A stretch of 64,000 bases of DNA from sequence record MZ501268.1. The stretch is one strand, 5' to 3'. Shown here piece by piece: positions 18,694 through 27,958 of the stretch. How positions within the stretch are numbered: position 1 is the first letter of the stretch; every line of letters begins with the position of its first letter. The notes beneath the pieces are model-generated. The model did not search any database. It saw only the letters and a list, made by a program, of their open reading frames with translations, and was not told the DNA's origin. Position numbers and translations under genes: made by a program.

Positions 18694-19473
18694 ATGACAT
18701 TCGAAAAAGAAGGGGACACGTTGCACGTCGTGCGACTGAGAACCAAAAGCTGTTATCACATGACGATAACCAGCGATCCCGATGCCAGCATGGATATTGT
18801 TAATACCAACTTGCGTCAGGGTACCTTCACGGACCCACATTTCCAACACCAGTACGATATCTGTAAAAAAGAGATGGGGCAAGACCCTAATCCAAATGAC
18901 ATTGTTTTTCACCAGTTCGTGCTCACCAAAGACCAGACGGGCTATTTAACCGGCCACTGGATGATTCGTGATCACATCCGTCAGCACTACTCCCTGAAGT
19001 CACTGACTAACATTGGGGATTGGCTGTCTACGCCAGCGTATCTTTACTTGGTTGATCCTGAAGATAAAGAAGGGCTTGAGAAGAAATACAAAGTAACTGA
19101 TCTGGGAAAATACTTCTACCAGGAAGGGCTGTTGGATGACTTCAGCACTACCTTACCGATGTATTATCTTCCAGGCGAGGACGGCGGGGACAGTTACGAC
19201 GAGCTCATCGAGACTCATCGACTTCCACAACCGGACCATGGTTACTCTTGTGTGGCGATTAAGAACGGGACGTCATTCAGTCTGTTAACGTACAATAACT
19301 CTAAGCGGGCGCTTTCTGCAGAGGAAGAACTTGAAACAACCAAAGTACCGGTTAAAGCGGATGGGTTACTGTACAGCTCAGTCTTGGAATTGGCAATGGC
19401 GAAGAACGCACCAGTGTGGTTTGTTTTGGATATGTTAAAGTCCGAATCTGATAAGCACTGGCATTTCGTATAG
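18694..19473 (+). CDS. Hypothetical protein
   Basis: 259 aa; AAGGA RBS. Confidence 0.7.
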   Translation: MTFEKEGDTLHVVRLRTKSCYHMTITSDPDASMDIVNTNLRQGTFTDPHFQHQYDICKKEMGQDPNPNDIVFHQFVLTKDQTGYLTGHWMIRDHIRQHYSLKSLTNIGDWLSTPAYLYLVDPEDKEGLEKKYKVTDLGKYFYQEGLLDDFSTTLPMYYLPGEDGGDSYDELIETHRLPQPDHGYSCVAIKNGTSFSLLTYNNSKRALSAEEELETTKVPVKADGLLYSSVLELAMAKNAPVWFVLDMLKSESDKHWHFV

Positions 19474-19489
19474 TCGGGCGGCTGTGGGG

Positions 19490-19498
19490 AATCCTATG
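19490..19498 (+). promoter_or_regulatory. Candidate late promoter AATCCTATG
   Basis: Contains the phiKZ late TATG; the same 9-mer lies upstream of genes at 22809 (minus) and 24607. Confidence 0.5.
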
Positions 19499-19571
19499 CA
19501 ATTGCAAAGTAAAGTGATCACGTAGGAATTAACCACGGCCAATCGTAAGCTGTATTATAAGGAGAGAGATT

Positions 19572-21116
19572 GTGAGTGAAGAAAACAAAAACATCGTAGA
19601 GAAGTACGATGATCTGCCGAAAAATGCAGAAGCCGGTGACAAGTACACCGTGCGTGAAGACGCGATCGTTTATGAATTCCAGGACGACGGTTCTTGGAAA
19701 GACGTAGACATCGACGAAGAAACAGATCAGCAGAACGAAGAGCAAGCACAGGCTGATGCCGATGCCTCAGCTCCTTCAACTGAAGAACAACCGGCAGCTT
19801 CTGAGGAAACTCAGCCGGAAGACGCTCAGTCTACTGATCCTGTTGAAGAGTCTACGCCAGCGGAAGAGACCCCAGCTGACAGCGACAAACCTGCAGACGA
19901 AAAGGAGGGTGATCATGCCAATGCGGCGGAACCTGAAAATGAGACTGCGTCGGAAGATCAGACTGACGAAGCAGGACAACCTGATGATTCTGCTGACAGT
20001 ACCGACCCGGAGCCGGAAAGCGATGATGGCGTTAAAACGCAAGATTCGAAAGAGCAAGCTGATGTGCCGGAAGGCGTAGATCCAGAGCAAGCTCAACCTG
20101 AGAACCAACCACTGGCTGTTGCTGAAGTTGAGCAGCCGTATGTGGGTCAGGAAGCCGTTCCGGTTGATCCTAACGCCGAGCAGTCTACTCCGGCAGCGCG
20201 TCCCGATGAAAAGATCGCACAAGCTGAAGAAGAGAACGCCCAGGCTGAAGATGTTGCACGTGATCAGATTGCCGACGCTGGCGCTGATGCACAGGCTGCA
20301 ACAACTGCTGAACCAACCGAAGCTGGCAAAGCCGCTGATGAAGCCAATAAACAGGCTGAAGAAGAAGGTCAAGCTACCGACGGCCAGCAGCCTAACAACG
20401 GTGCAGCTGATGATGTTGCTGAGGGTAAACCTAACAACGATCAGACCTACACCGAAGACCAGACCGCTGACAACACGCCAGCGCCTGAGATCGTGCAGCA
20501 GCAGGAGAACCACACTGCCGAGCCAGATCCGGTGGTAAGCCAGGAAGAGACTGCGGTTCAAAACGCAACTGACCCTGACCAACCAACGATCATTCCTCAG
20601 GAAGCGAAGTCAGAGTCACTGGCTCATCAGCCTGCTGATCCTACCCAGGAAACGGTGTTTGTTAAACAGGATGAAAACCTGGACCCTGAAGTGCGTGTGA
20701 TCCAACAGCGCATTGAAGAGTACATCGCCAACATGGGTGCGAACGGCAAGCATGATCGTCGTGATGGTGCTAAGCATCAAGCGCGTCTGTACAAAGATCT
20801 GCATTCCATCATGTCCCTTGAGCCGACCAAGTTCAAGCAAGCGATGGATTACCTGTTGAACCGTGTGTATGAAGAGCGCTCCGGTGCTTTCTCTGACACC
20901 TATACGCGTCGTTACTTCGACCAGCTGAGCCCGTCTCATCTGCAGACGGATCGTGTGCGTGAGTTCGATAACATCCTGTCTCTGATCACCACGGTTGGCC
21001 ATTCTAAGAACCGTGCGCGTTCACTGGAACATATCGACCTGCAGCGTGCCCTGAAGAACATTCAGGATGCCGGTAAGCAACAGCGCATGGCAGCATACTT
21101 TGATGCACTGCGTTAA
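19572..21116 (+). CDS. gp81-like protein: about 370-aa acidic disordered region plus a helical C-terminal domain
   Basis: E/D/A/Q/P-rich region followed by IEEYIANM...FDNILSLITTV; AAGGAG RBS; synteny. Confidence 0.7.
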   Translation: MSEENKNIVEKYDDLPKNAEAGDKYTVREDAIVYEFQDDGSWKDVDIDEETDQQNEEQAQADADASAPSTEEQPAASEETQPEDAQSTDPVEESTPAEETPADSDKPADEKEGDHANAAEPENETASEDQTDEAGQPDDSADSTDPEPESDDGVKTQDSKEQADVPEGVDPEQAQPENQPLAVAEVEQPYVGQEAVPVDPNAEQSTPAARPDEKIAQAEEENAQAEDVARDQIADAGADAQAATTAEPTEAGKAADEANKQAEEEGQATDGQQPNNGAADDVAEGKPNNDQTYTEDQTADNTPAPEIVQQQENHTAEPDPVVSQEETAVQNATDPDQPTIIPQEAKSESLAHQPADPTQETVFVKQDENLDPEVRVIQQRIEEYIANMGANGKHDRRDGAKHQARLYKDLHSIMSLEPTKFKQAMDYLLNRVYEERSGAFSDTYTRRYFDQLSPSHLQTDRVREFDNILSLITTVGHSKNRARSLEHIDLQRALKNIQDAGKQQRMAAYFDALR

Positions 21117-21131
21117 GTGATCTTTTGATCC

Positions 21132-21183
21132 GCATAAGGAGAGGGCATTTGCCCTCTCCTGTTTATGCCGTCTTTTTTTTTTT
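21132..21183. terminator. Terminator hairpin between convergent genes
   Basis: GCATAAGGAGAGGGC-ATTT-GCCCTCTCCT..TATGCCG followed by a long T-run. Confidence 0.8.
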
Positions 21184-21685
21184 ATGTCAATATTCCGTTA
21201 AATGTCACAGGGTCATTCCCAGCAAAAGGATTCCAGCGCATTACTGATCCTATCGTGTAGTCGTAGTAGATAAAGTCCAGACATTGACAGCCTGTATAGG
21301 TTGACCACGATTTGGATAGATACCCATTACGGTCTAGCGCAATGTACGAGGTGCGGCTAGATAGTGCCGTGAACTTCATTAATACCTGAGGTTGTTTACT
21401 AAGGTTATTTGTAAACACATCTAATGAAGGATGAGCGTGCCGAGCGATAGTGGCAAGCCAAGAGTCGTTAGTTAGCCATTCTTTATACGGCGTACCGTAC
21501 ATGTTTAGATCAGTAGTAATGGCAATATTAACGTACTTACCCGCATAAACGTTCATCGCCGTCCTGGCATCGGCAACCTTCGTGTACTTGGCGGTGTTTG
21601 CAGCTAGCCACGTTTGAAAATCTGCATAACTCATCTTGGTGCCAATATCTGTTCGCGCCCTCCCACCTAACATCATTTCTAACAT
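21182..21685 (-). CDS. Hypothetical, possibly virion-associated protein
   Basis: 167 aa; N-terminus MLEMMLGGR; AAGGG RBS. Confidence 0.6.
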   Translation of the reverse strand: MLEMMLGGRARTDIGTKMSYADFQTWLAANTAKYTKVADARTAMNVYAGKYVNIAITTDLNMYGTPYKEWLTNDSWLATIARHAHPSLDVFTNNLSKQPQVLMKFTALSSRTSYIALDRNGYLSKSWSTYTGCQCLDFIYYDYTIGSVMRWNPFAGNDPVTFNGILT

Positions 21686-21762
21686 AAGTACGCCCTTGAG
21701 TTATTAGTGGTGCTATAAAATTACAGTCACCCCCCCCCTGCAAACTTTGCGCCAGTTTTGGT

Positions 21763-21794
21763 CGGCATAAGTGGAGCAGCTAAAGGGCCGCTCC
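21763..21794 (-). terminator. Hairpin after the glycine-rich gene
   Basis: Minus strand GGAGCGGC...GCTGCTCC then TATGCCG. Confidence 0.5.
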
Positions 21795-21825
21795 GGTCCT
21801 GGTGTAATTTCTTCATAACGGTCGT

Positions 21826-22764
21826 TTAACGGATCACATTTTGATCCAAAGTATTTTGATCAGGGAAGCCACGACCTACTCCCCAAATTATGCGTACTGC
21901 ACCATTACCCCCGCCACCTAACCAACTGGTTCCGTCACTGCGATACTGCGTTGCACCACCGCCACCAAATCCCCCACCTGAAATAACGGCTGGGAATCCG
22001 GCACCTGATCCAGGATTATCCTTTATCCTACCCATGGGACGAATACCGCCACCCCCACGACCTGTATACGTCGTGACCAGGTTAGCAACCGCCATGGCAA
22101 CTGTTCCACCATAACCGGCTCCTGTGTCCACAGGCATCTTCTGCGCAGTGCCATAGTTCACACCAATAGATCCATCTCCAAGGTAGCCTCCGGCTCCTCC
22201 GCCTCCTACAGCGCGTGCTAGGAGGGTTCCTGTGGCACCTTTGCCGCCATTCCCGCCACCAATCAATGGTGCAGCAAGATCATGGACAACAGCGCCAACT
22301 GCACCAACTGCCCCTTCGACTAATGTGGTCAGAAGATAGTCTAGTCCGGTGCCGGTAGTGCCTGATAGCTTCACACTGATATTAATGATCGAACTCAGTG
22401 AGAGATCTTCTCCCCCGCCATTGGCTCTAAGTATATAAAGCCCATTTCGGGTAATGCCAGAACTTACTCCCTTAGCGCCCGCATAGACGCCTTTAGTACC
22501 AGCAGTTAATCCATCTCCGCCTTTCCCTACAACAATTGCCAGACGTTCACCCGGCACAACCGGTATCCAGTTTCGATACCGTAAGGCCCCTCCATCACCC
22601 CCTTGGTGTTGTAACGTATTGTTACTGGCCGACTGCCCGCCTCCCACAGCCACAGCGCTCATTCTGTTGACTCCTTGCGGAACCACGAGCTCTTGTGTAC
22701 CTGCTGTCGTAAACGTTTGTTGACCCACTGCATGCGGAGTTGTGTTTAAGAATAACTCAATCAT
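21826..22764 (-). CDS. Glycine-rich virion/tail protein
   Basis: FTTAGTQELVVPQGV...VAVGGG...GGDGGALRY...IVVGKGG...GGNGAVRIIWG; start MIELFLN at 22764 follows GAAGGG. Confidence 0.7.
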   Translation of the reverse strand: MIELFLNTTPHAVGQQTFTTAGTQELVVPQGVNRMSAVAVGGGQSASNNTLQHQGGDGGALRYRNWIPVVPGERLAIVVGKGGDGLTAGTKGVYAGAKGVSSGITRNGLYILRANGGGEDLSLSSIINISVKLSGTTGTGLDYLLTTLVEGAVGAVGAVVHDLAAPLIGGGNGGKGATGTLLARAVGGGGAGGYLGDGSIGVNYGTAQKMPVDTGAGYGGTVAMAVANLVTTYTGRGGGGIRPMGRIKDNPGSGAGFPAVISGGGFGGGGATQYRSDGTSWLGGGGNGAVRIIWGVGRGFPDQNTLDQNVIR

Positions 22765-22808
22765 GCGATGCCCTTCTTGAATGAGTGCCATTGACAGCGT
22801 ATTCGTGT

Positions 22809-22817
22809 CATAGGATT
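22809..22817 (-). promoter_or_regulatory. Candidate late promoter AATCCTATG
   Basis: Reverse complement CATAGGATT lies 45 nt upstream of 22764. Confidence 0.5.
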
Positions 22818-22875
22818 TCAAGACGGCATAAAGGTATGGATACCCTGACTGTCGCCAAGGTATCCACGTGGTGCG

Positions 22876-24597
22876 TCAAGCCGCAGCCATAAAGTCTATT
22901 TCGATATGTTTTTCAACCATGAAGTCTTTCAGTAAGGTTATGGTGTCCGGTGCTTTGTACAACTTACGTGCCAGCTCACCTGCATTATTCATACCACCCG
23001 CTGCAAGGTTTACTGCCACCTGACGATACTCGGTATCATCCAATCCTTCGATCTTCGTCATTTCAATCCAGGTTGTTTGTTTACCCACATTCATAATGAC
23101 AGTGCCGGTTGGGTATGCTCCTTCTACGTCAATGTCGTTCGTGCCGGTTCGTACATATGACCTGACACCCGGTAGTTCTTTAAACATCGCTTTGCCATTC
23201 AAGGCAACCAGCTCTGTTGGGAGCATGACGATCCAACCACCCAGGCCTTGGATATGATCATCAAGATCGGTACGCATCTGATCTGATGTGGTGCCCCAGA
23301 TATACCCTTCCTTCATTACATCGTAATGCATCGCCTCAGCGATACGTGTAGGCTGTGATATGAAGTTACGGTAGTCTGACACCCCGCAGAACGTTGGAAC
23401 CGCTACAGAGAGGTCTGAGGTCTTCTCGTCCATCATTTCAACTACGATGCAGTCGAAGATGTTATACATCACATATTCGTACTTGTAGTTGGTCTGCATG
23501 AACTCATGCCAGTCAGCACCATGATAACCTTCGGCTTCAGTGAACTTCATCTTGGTTACACCGAGTACTTTCTCTGCGATGTTATCCAACTTGTAGTTCA
23601 GCTCTTTACCGTTCATGGTACGCAGATAGTAATACGTCGACATGGACTCTGCCCAGCGGAAGGAAGCCGGAGCATTGACATAGGGCCACTTCTCATAGTT
23701 AGCCAGTGAGGTCTTGGTGACTTCTTTGCCGTCGTTTTTGACTTTATGGGTTTTCCCCTCGTAGTAAAAAACGTTACGATACTCTTTCGGTACCGATGGG
23801 TCGCAAAGTACGTCAGCCGGATTGATCCCCGCATTGACTAAGGTCTGGTTCAGGATTTTGTAATCGAACTCCAACACGTTCCAGCCACTGATAAAATCAG
23901 GCATCCACTGGTGTGCGCGTTCCATCAGTTTGACAAAGCCATCTGCAGCACTGTCAACCAGAACAAACTCAGGGGTGGTGATGTTACGGAGGGTTGCCCA
24001 CTCACCCATGTACTTGTCCCACGCCAGTTTAATTTTCTGATGAATACGCTCATCCGCTTCACCGCCAAAGTAACGACGAATCACAAACGTGAAGGTACGT
24101 TCTTTGAAGGTTAACGAAGCCATGATCGGCTCGCCCTTGTGCTTCTCATCAACCATGTCGGTTTCGATATCGAACACACTGACTTTATACGGTGTAAAGC
24201 AATCCGGGAACCGGGATTCATACATCGCCTTCACAATAGAGGAAGGTTCAATATCCGCACCGTAGACATAAGGGTTTCGACACACCCGACGCAGGTACTG
24301 GTCACTGGCACCTTTCCCCAGCATCTTAGAGATGTGGTTAGGAAGATCCCATTGTGGGCAGCTGAACTTTTGAAGTTTGGATAACTCTTCGTAGTCCTTT
24401 TTATCCTGGTGGTTCCGGTAAGCCGGTTTGGTCAGGTAGTAGTCACGCTTCATGTCTTTTATAATGCGCGTGTGTGGCGTGGAGTTCCCCGCTTCATCAA
24501 TCACATTCTCTTTTACGAAGATAATGTCAGACTGACCCCTTAACGAAAGGGCATATGTCGCGTGCTTGCATTCGAAACGAAGATTCTTATTGCTCAT
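22876..24597 (-). CDS. Family B DNA polymerase N-terminal half with 3'-5' exonuclease (gp82-like)
   Basis: Exo motifs FDIETD, ISGWNVLEFD and YNIFD, plus motif-A-like DIDVEGAYP near the end; no motif C. Confidence 0.85.
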   Translation of the reverse strand: MSNKNLRFECKHATYALSLRGQSDIIFVKENVIDEAGNSTPHTRIIKDMKRDYYLTKPAYRNHQDKKDYEELSKLQKFSCPQWDLPNHISKMLGKGASDQYLRRVCRNPYVYGADIEPSSIVKAMYESRFPDCFTPYKVSVFDIETDMVDEKHKGEPIMASLTFKERTFTFVIRRYFGGEADERIHQKIKLAWDKYMGEWATLRNITTPEFVLVDSAADGFVKLMERAHQWMPDFISGWNVLEFDYKILNQTLVNAGINPADVLCDPSVPKEYRNVFYYEGKTHKVKNDGKEVTKTSLANYEKWPYVNAPASFRWAESMSTYYYLRTMNGKELNYKLDNIAEKVLGVTKMKFTEAEGYHGADWHEFMQTNYKYEYVMYNIFDCIVVEMMDEKTSDLSVAVPTFCGVSDYRNFISQPTRIAEAMHYDVMKEGYIWGTTSDQMRTDLDDHIQGLGGWIVMLPTELVALNGKAMFKELPGVRSYVRTGTNDIDVEGAYPTGTVIMNVGKQTTWIEMTKIEGLDDTEYRQVAVNLAAGGMNNAGELARKLYKAPDTITLLKDFMVEKHIEIDFMAAA

Positions 24598-24606
24598 GTG
24601 AATGAT

Positions 24607-24615
24607 AATCCTATG
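24607..24615 (+). promoter_or_regulatory. Candidate late promoter AATCCTATG
   Basis: Upstream of the head-protein operon starting at 24698. Confidence 0.5.
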
Positions 24616-24697
24616 TCAAAACACTACAATGTGCACCAGTGTTTAATACGCGTTATAACATCAGGCGTGCAACTACATTTCTACAAAAGGAGATCCC

Positions 24698-25960
24698 ATG
24701 ATCCTATCAAGCGGCATGGAAGCAATTTCATTCCAGCGTAATCCGCTTTTCTATAAACAGTTAGTGGTTGAATTCACTCGTCTGATGGAACTGGCTAAAG
24801 CCAACGGTAAAGCACGTCTTACTGAAGAGATGATGCAACAGTCTAACCTGGCAAAGATCACCATGGCGAACACCGGCATCTTGGTGTCACCTGGGGTAGA
24901 TACGGGCATGCAATGCAATGCGTATGTGCTGATCCCAAGCATTAACTCTTATCACGTCTTTAACGATCGCATGCGTCAGCTCTTTATGGGTTACGGTGAA
25001 GCCTTTGACCTGTACCGTAAAGCCAACGATGTGTTGATCGGACTGGTTGACTTACAGAACTCTAAGGTTGGTGGTGTATTCTCCCAGGTTAATCATCGCA
25101 TCTGTTTGTCGTATGACATGCTGACTGATTATGACATGACCCCGGGTGAAGTCGCTGCAATCTACATGCACGAAGTCGGCCATGCATTTACCTTCCTGGA
25201 GATGCTACATTATACAGCGACCACCAACCTGGTGTTGACGGCCGGTGTAGAAGCGGTGATCAAAGCAGAAACTTCTCGTAAGCATGTTATCTTGTCCGAT
25301 ATCGAAAACTCCTTAGGGATTAAGATTGACAACAAAGATGAACTGGTGGCTTACGACAAGTATGAAGATTATGCCGTGACGATTCTGTCAAAGTATAACC
25401 GCACGCTTGAATCTGCATTTGGCTCTCCAGCGCACGACGAGTCCATGTCAGAGCAGATGGCTGATATGTTTGCCACCCGCCATGGCGCTGGCTTGGATCT
25501 GGCCCGTGGATTGGCGAAACTGCACAAGTTCTACAAATCACAGAACCCGACCTTTGTTCGCTACTTAAATATCTTTATTGGTATTTTGGCCACCATGGGG
25601 ATGAGTCTGGTAGCTGGCGTTGTCGTCAACCTTGTCGTCCTGACGGTGGGGAACTTCTTTGGTGGGACCTACGACCGTGCGAAAGACCGTTTCATCCGCA
25701 TGCGTAACGAAATCATCGTTGGCTTGAAAGATGAAGAGATCTCTGCTGCTGACCGTAAGTTACTGATTTCACATGTGGCTGAAGTCAATAAGATCATTGA
25801 TCAAGCCAAGAACGAGAGTTCTTTTGTCGAGAAATTGGCATTGGTGGTACGGGCCAGTCAGCGTGAACGTTACGCGACCAAGTATCTCCAGAAAGATCTC
25901 GAAGCCTTACTTAACAACCCGCTGTACGTTAGCGCGGCTAAACTGAAAACATTGCAATAA
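24698..25960 (+). CDS. Head protein (gp84-like) with HExxH zincin motif
   Basis: YMHEVGHAF and downstream EQMADMFA; N-terminal SGME processing-like site. Confidence 0.7.
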   Translation: MILSSGMEAISFQRNPLFYKQLVVEFTRLMELAKANGKARLTEEMMQQSNLAKITMANTGILVSPGVDTGMQCNAYVLIPSINSYHVFNDRMRQLFMGYGEAFDLYRKANDVLIGLVDLQNSKVGGVFSQVNHRICLSYDMLTDYDMTPGEVAAIYMHEVGHAFTFLEMLHYTATTNLVLTAGVEAVIKAETSRKHVILSDIENSLGIKIDNKDELVAYDKYEDYAVTILSKYNRTLESAFGSPAHDESMSEQMADMFATRHGAGLDLARGLAKLHKFYKSQNPTFVRYLNIFIGILATMGMSLVAGVVVNLVVLTVGNFFGGTYDRAKDRFIRMRNEIIVGLKDEEISAADRKLLISHVAEVNKIIDQAKNESSFVEKLALVVRASQRERYATKYLQKDLEALLNNPLYVSAAKLKTLQ

Positions 25961-25973
25961 GGATTCATCAGAA

Positions 25974-26480
25974 ATGATTATCGATGTAGCAGAATTGAAA
26001 AAACAAGTCGTGTTGGTGCGTTCTATTGCTGAGATCCCAAGCACCCTGCGCGCCAAGCTGATTGAAACCGGTTTAGCCCGTGCTGTTGCGTATGGTGTTG
26101 ATTTGCCAGCAGCGCCTGCGGGTAACCCAGTTTCTTATTTCGCAACCAATGCGACTGACGCTAAAGCGGCGCTGGCAGCGATCAACGAAACAGCGGTGAT
26201 TGACATCTCCCGCATTCTGTCACTGGCCACCACGATCTGGCAGGCACGTTACACTATGGTCTTTACACCGTATTCCCGTGAAGCCCTGCAGTTAACACAG
26301 CAGGTATTGTCAGATCAGCGTGAGTGGTTGTTCGATACAGAGCAACAGGACTTCCTGGCGTCTGCCGTAGGTGATGGCACCGTGCAGGATACCTTAAAGC
26401 TGACTCTGCTGAACTTCACCAGCCCGGCTGTGATCAGCATGAAACAGGAAGCCGTGGTCACTACGACTGGCGAGGAGTAA
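25974..26480 (+). CDS. Small structural protein (gp85-like)
   Basis: 168 aa; synteny and size. Confidence 0.6.
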   Translation: MIIDVAELKKQVVLVRSIAEIPSTLRAKLIETGLARAVAYGVDLPAAPAGNPVSYFATNATDAKAALAAINETAVIDISRILSLATTIWQARYTMVFTPYSREALQLTQQVLSDQREWLFDTEQQDFLASAVGDGTVQDTLKLTLLNFTSPAVISMKQEAVVTTTGEE

Positions 26481-26482
26481 TC

Positions 26483-27949
26483 ATGTCCATTGATTTGATT
26501 AGCTCTTTTATTGATGATAGCGGTAGCGTGCCAATGGCGGCGCTGACTGTGGTCAAGAAAGACAACGACGAGGCCAATGCCAAACTCCCTAACCAGGTGG
26601 CGGTACTCAAAGCCTCTACTGAGCGCATTGAAGAACTGCAGTCGGTATTGCAGCGGGTACGTAAAGAAGGGATGAGTCGTGAGGTTGCCCGTCAGTTATA
26701 CCAGCTGGCTCCTGAAACACTCCCTATCGGTTACGGTACCGAAGGCTTCACCGAGAAGCCGTCTAAGGTCGGTCTGTCTGCAGGCCTTGAATCCATCACC
26801 GCGTATGTAATTGATGGTATCAAACGGTTGATCATCTTCCTGATCGACAAGGCCAAGAAAGCAGCGCTGTGGATTGCTGATCAGTATCGTCGTATGACCG
26901 GGATCTCTCCAACGGCGTACAAGATCGATCGTCGTGCTGCGTACCTGTCTCAGATGTCTGCACGCTTTGCTCAACACTTTGGTTCTGACCTGGCTACCTT
27001 GCTGGAGAATGAAGTCAATACCGGCATGTACGATATTGACAATGCCCGGGTAGTGTTAAGCGGTATGTTTGCAGATGCAGAAGTACTGCAGGCGGACTTG
27101 TCCAAATATGCTAAGCCTATTAACGCAATGTCGAAACAGATTGAAGCGTTACTGGCAGATGCCCCGGCGCGTGTGGTGCGCGTTAACGCTATTGTTAACA
27201 CCATGACCGTTGCCCGTAATGGCAATCCTGATCGCAGTGCTGAAGTGTTGCAGTTGATCGATACTCGTAACCTCGATGCATTGGTCGGTTCTCTGCGTGC
27301 CGTCAGTAAATTGCTGGCCAGCAGCCCAATGTACAAATCACCGGGCGTGGGTAAAGACGGGAAGGTTAAACAAACCATCCTGGAGCAGCTGAACAACGAT
27401 GGCTTCCGTGAAATGATGTCGGGCCTGTCCATGGCTGCTAATGCCGGGATTACCCACACCATGGATCTCACGGATGCATCGGCTATCATCCGTTCTCGTA
27501 ACCTGGCGCAAGCAGTAAAAGAGCTGACAGATTACGAAGAAGTGAAGAAGCGTTCGCTGGATGAGCTGAAGACAGCAACCAACTCCATCAACAGCAACAA
27601 GTACGTGCAGGCGGCTGAACAGTCTACTGGCGATGATCCAACCATGGCAGCGGTTGTGCAGTTTAACCAATACTGGGACGACATCACTACGGCGGTGAAA
27701 GTGGCGCAGGACATCACCACGTCTTATGCGGAAACCGTGTTCAAGCTGCAGTTGTTCTCTGTGCGTTGTCAGGATCTTGCTTTGGTGCAGTGGTCAACGA
27801 ATAGGGCGAATGCTGGACTGGCTGAAGCCAACGCGGCAACTGAACGTTTGCAGGGTGTGATTAAACAGTACCTCGACAAGGTTGTGAAAAACACAGCCGG
27901 TGCGAAAGGTGTGCTGGATGATCTGAATAAACTGGTCAGTCAACTGTAA
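26483..27949 (+). CDS. Head protein with propeptide (gp86-like)
   Basis: P..L...GFTEKPS...AGLE propeptide signature. Confidence 0.7.
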   Translation: MSIDLISSFIDDSGSVPMAALTVVKKDNDEANAKLPNQVAVLKASTERIEELQSVLQRVRKEGMSREVARQLYQLAPETLPIGYGTEGFTEKPSKVGLSAGLESITAYVIDGIKRLIIFLIDKAKKAALWIADQYRRMTGISPTAYKIDRRAAYLSQMSARFAQHFGSDLATLLENEVNTGMYDIDNARVVLSGMFADAEVLQADLSKYAKPINAMSKQIEALLADAPARVVRVNAIVNTMTVARNGNPDRSAEVLQLIDTRNLDALVGSLRAVSKLLASSPMYKSPGVGKDGKVKQTILEQLNNDGFREMMSGLSMAANAGITHTMDLTDASAIIRSRNLAQAVKELTDYEEVKKRSLDELKTATNSINSNKYVQAAEQSTGDDPTMAAVVQFNQYWDDITTAVKVAQDITTSYAETVFKLQLFSVRCQDLALVQWSTNRANAGLAEANAATERLQGVIKQYLDKVVKNTAGAKGVLDDLNKLVSQL

Positions 27950-27958
27950 GGGTATCGC

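Noticed and set aside
19776-20582. 268-aa minus-strand ORF
   Set aside because: Antisense shadow of the low-complexity acidic gene.
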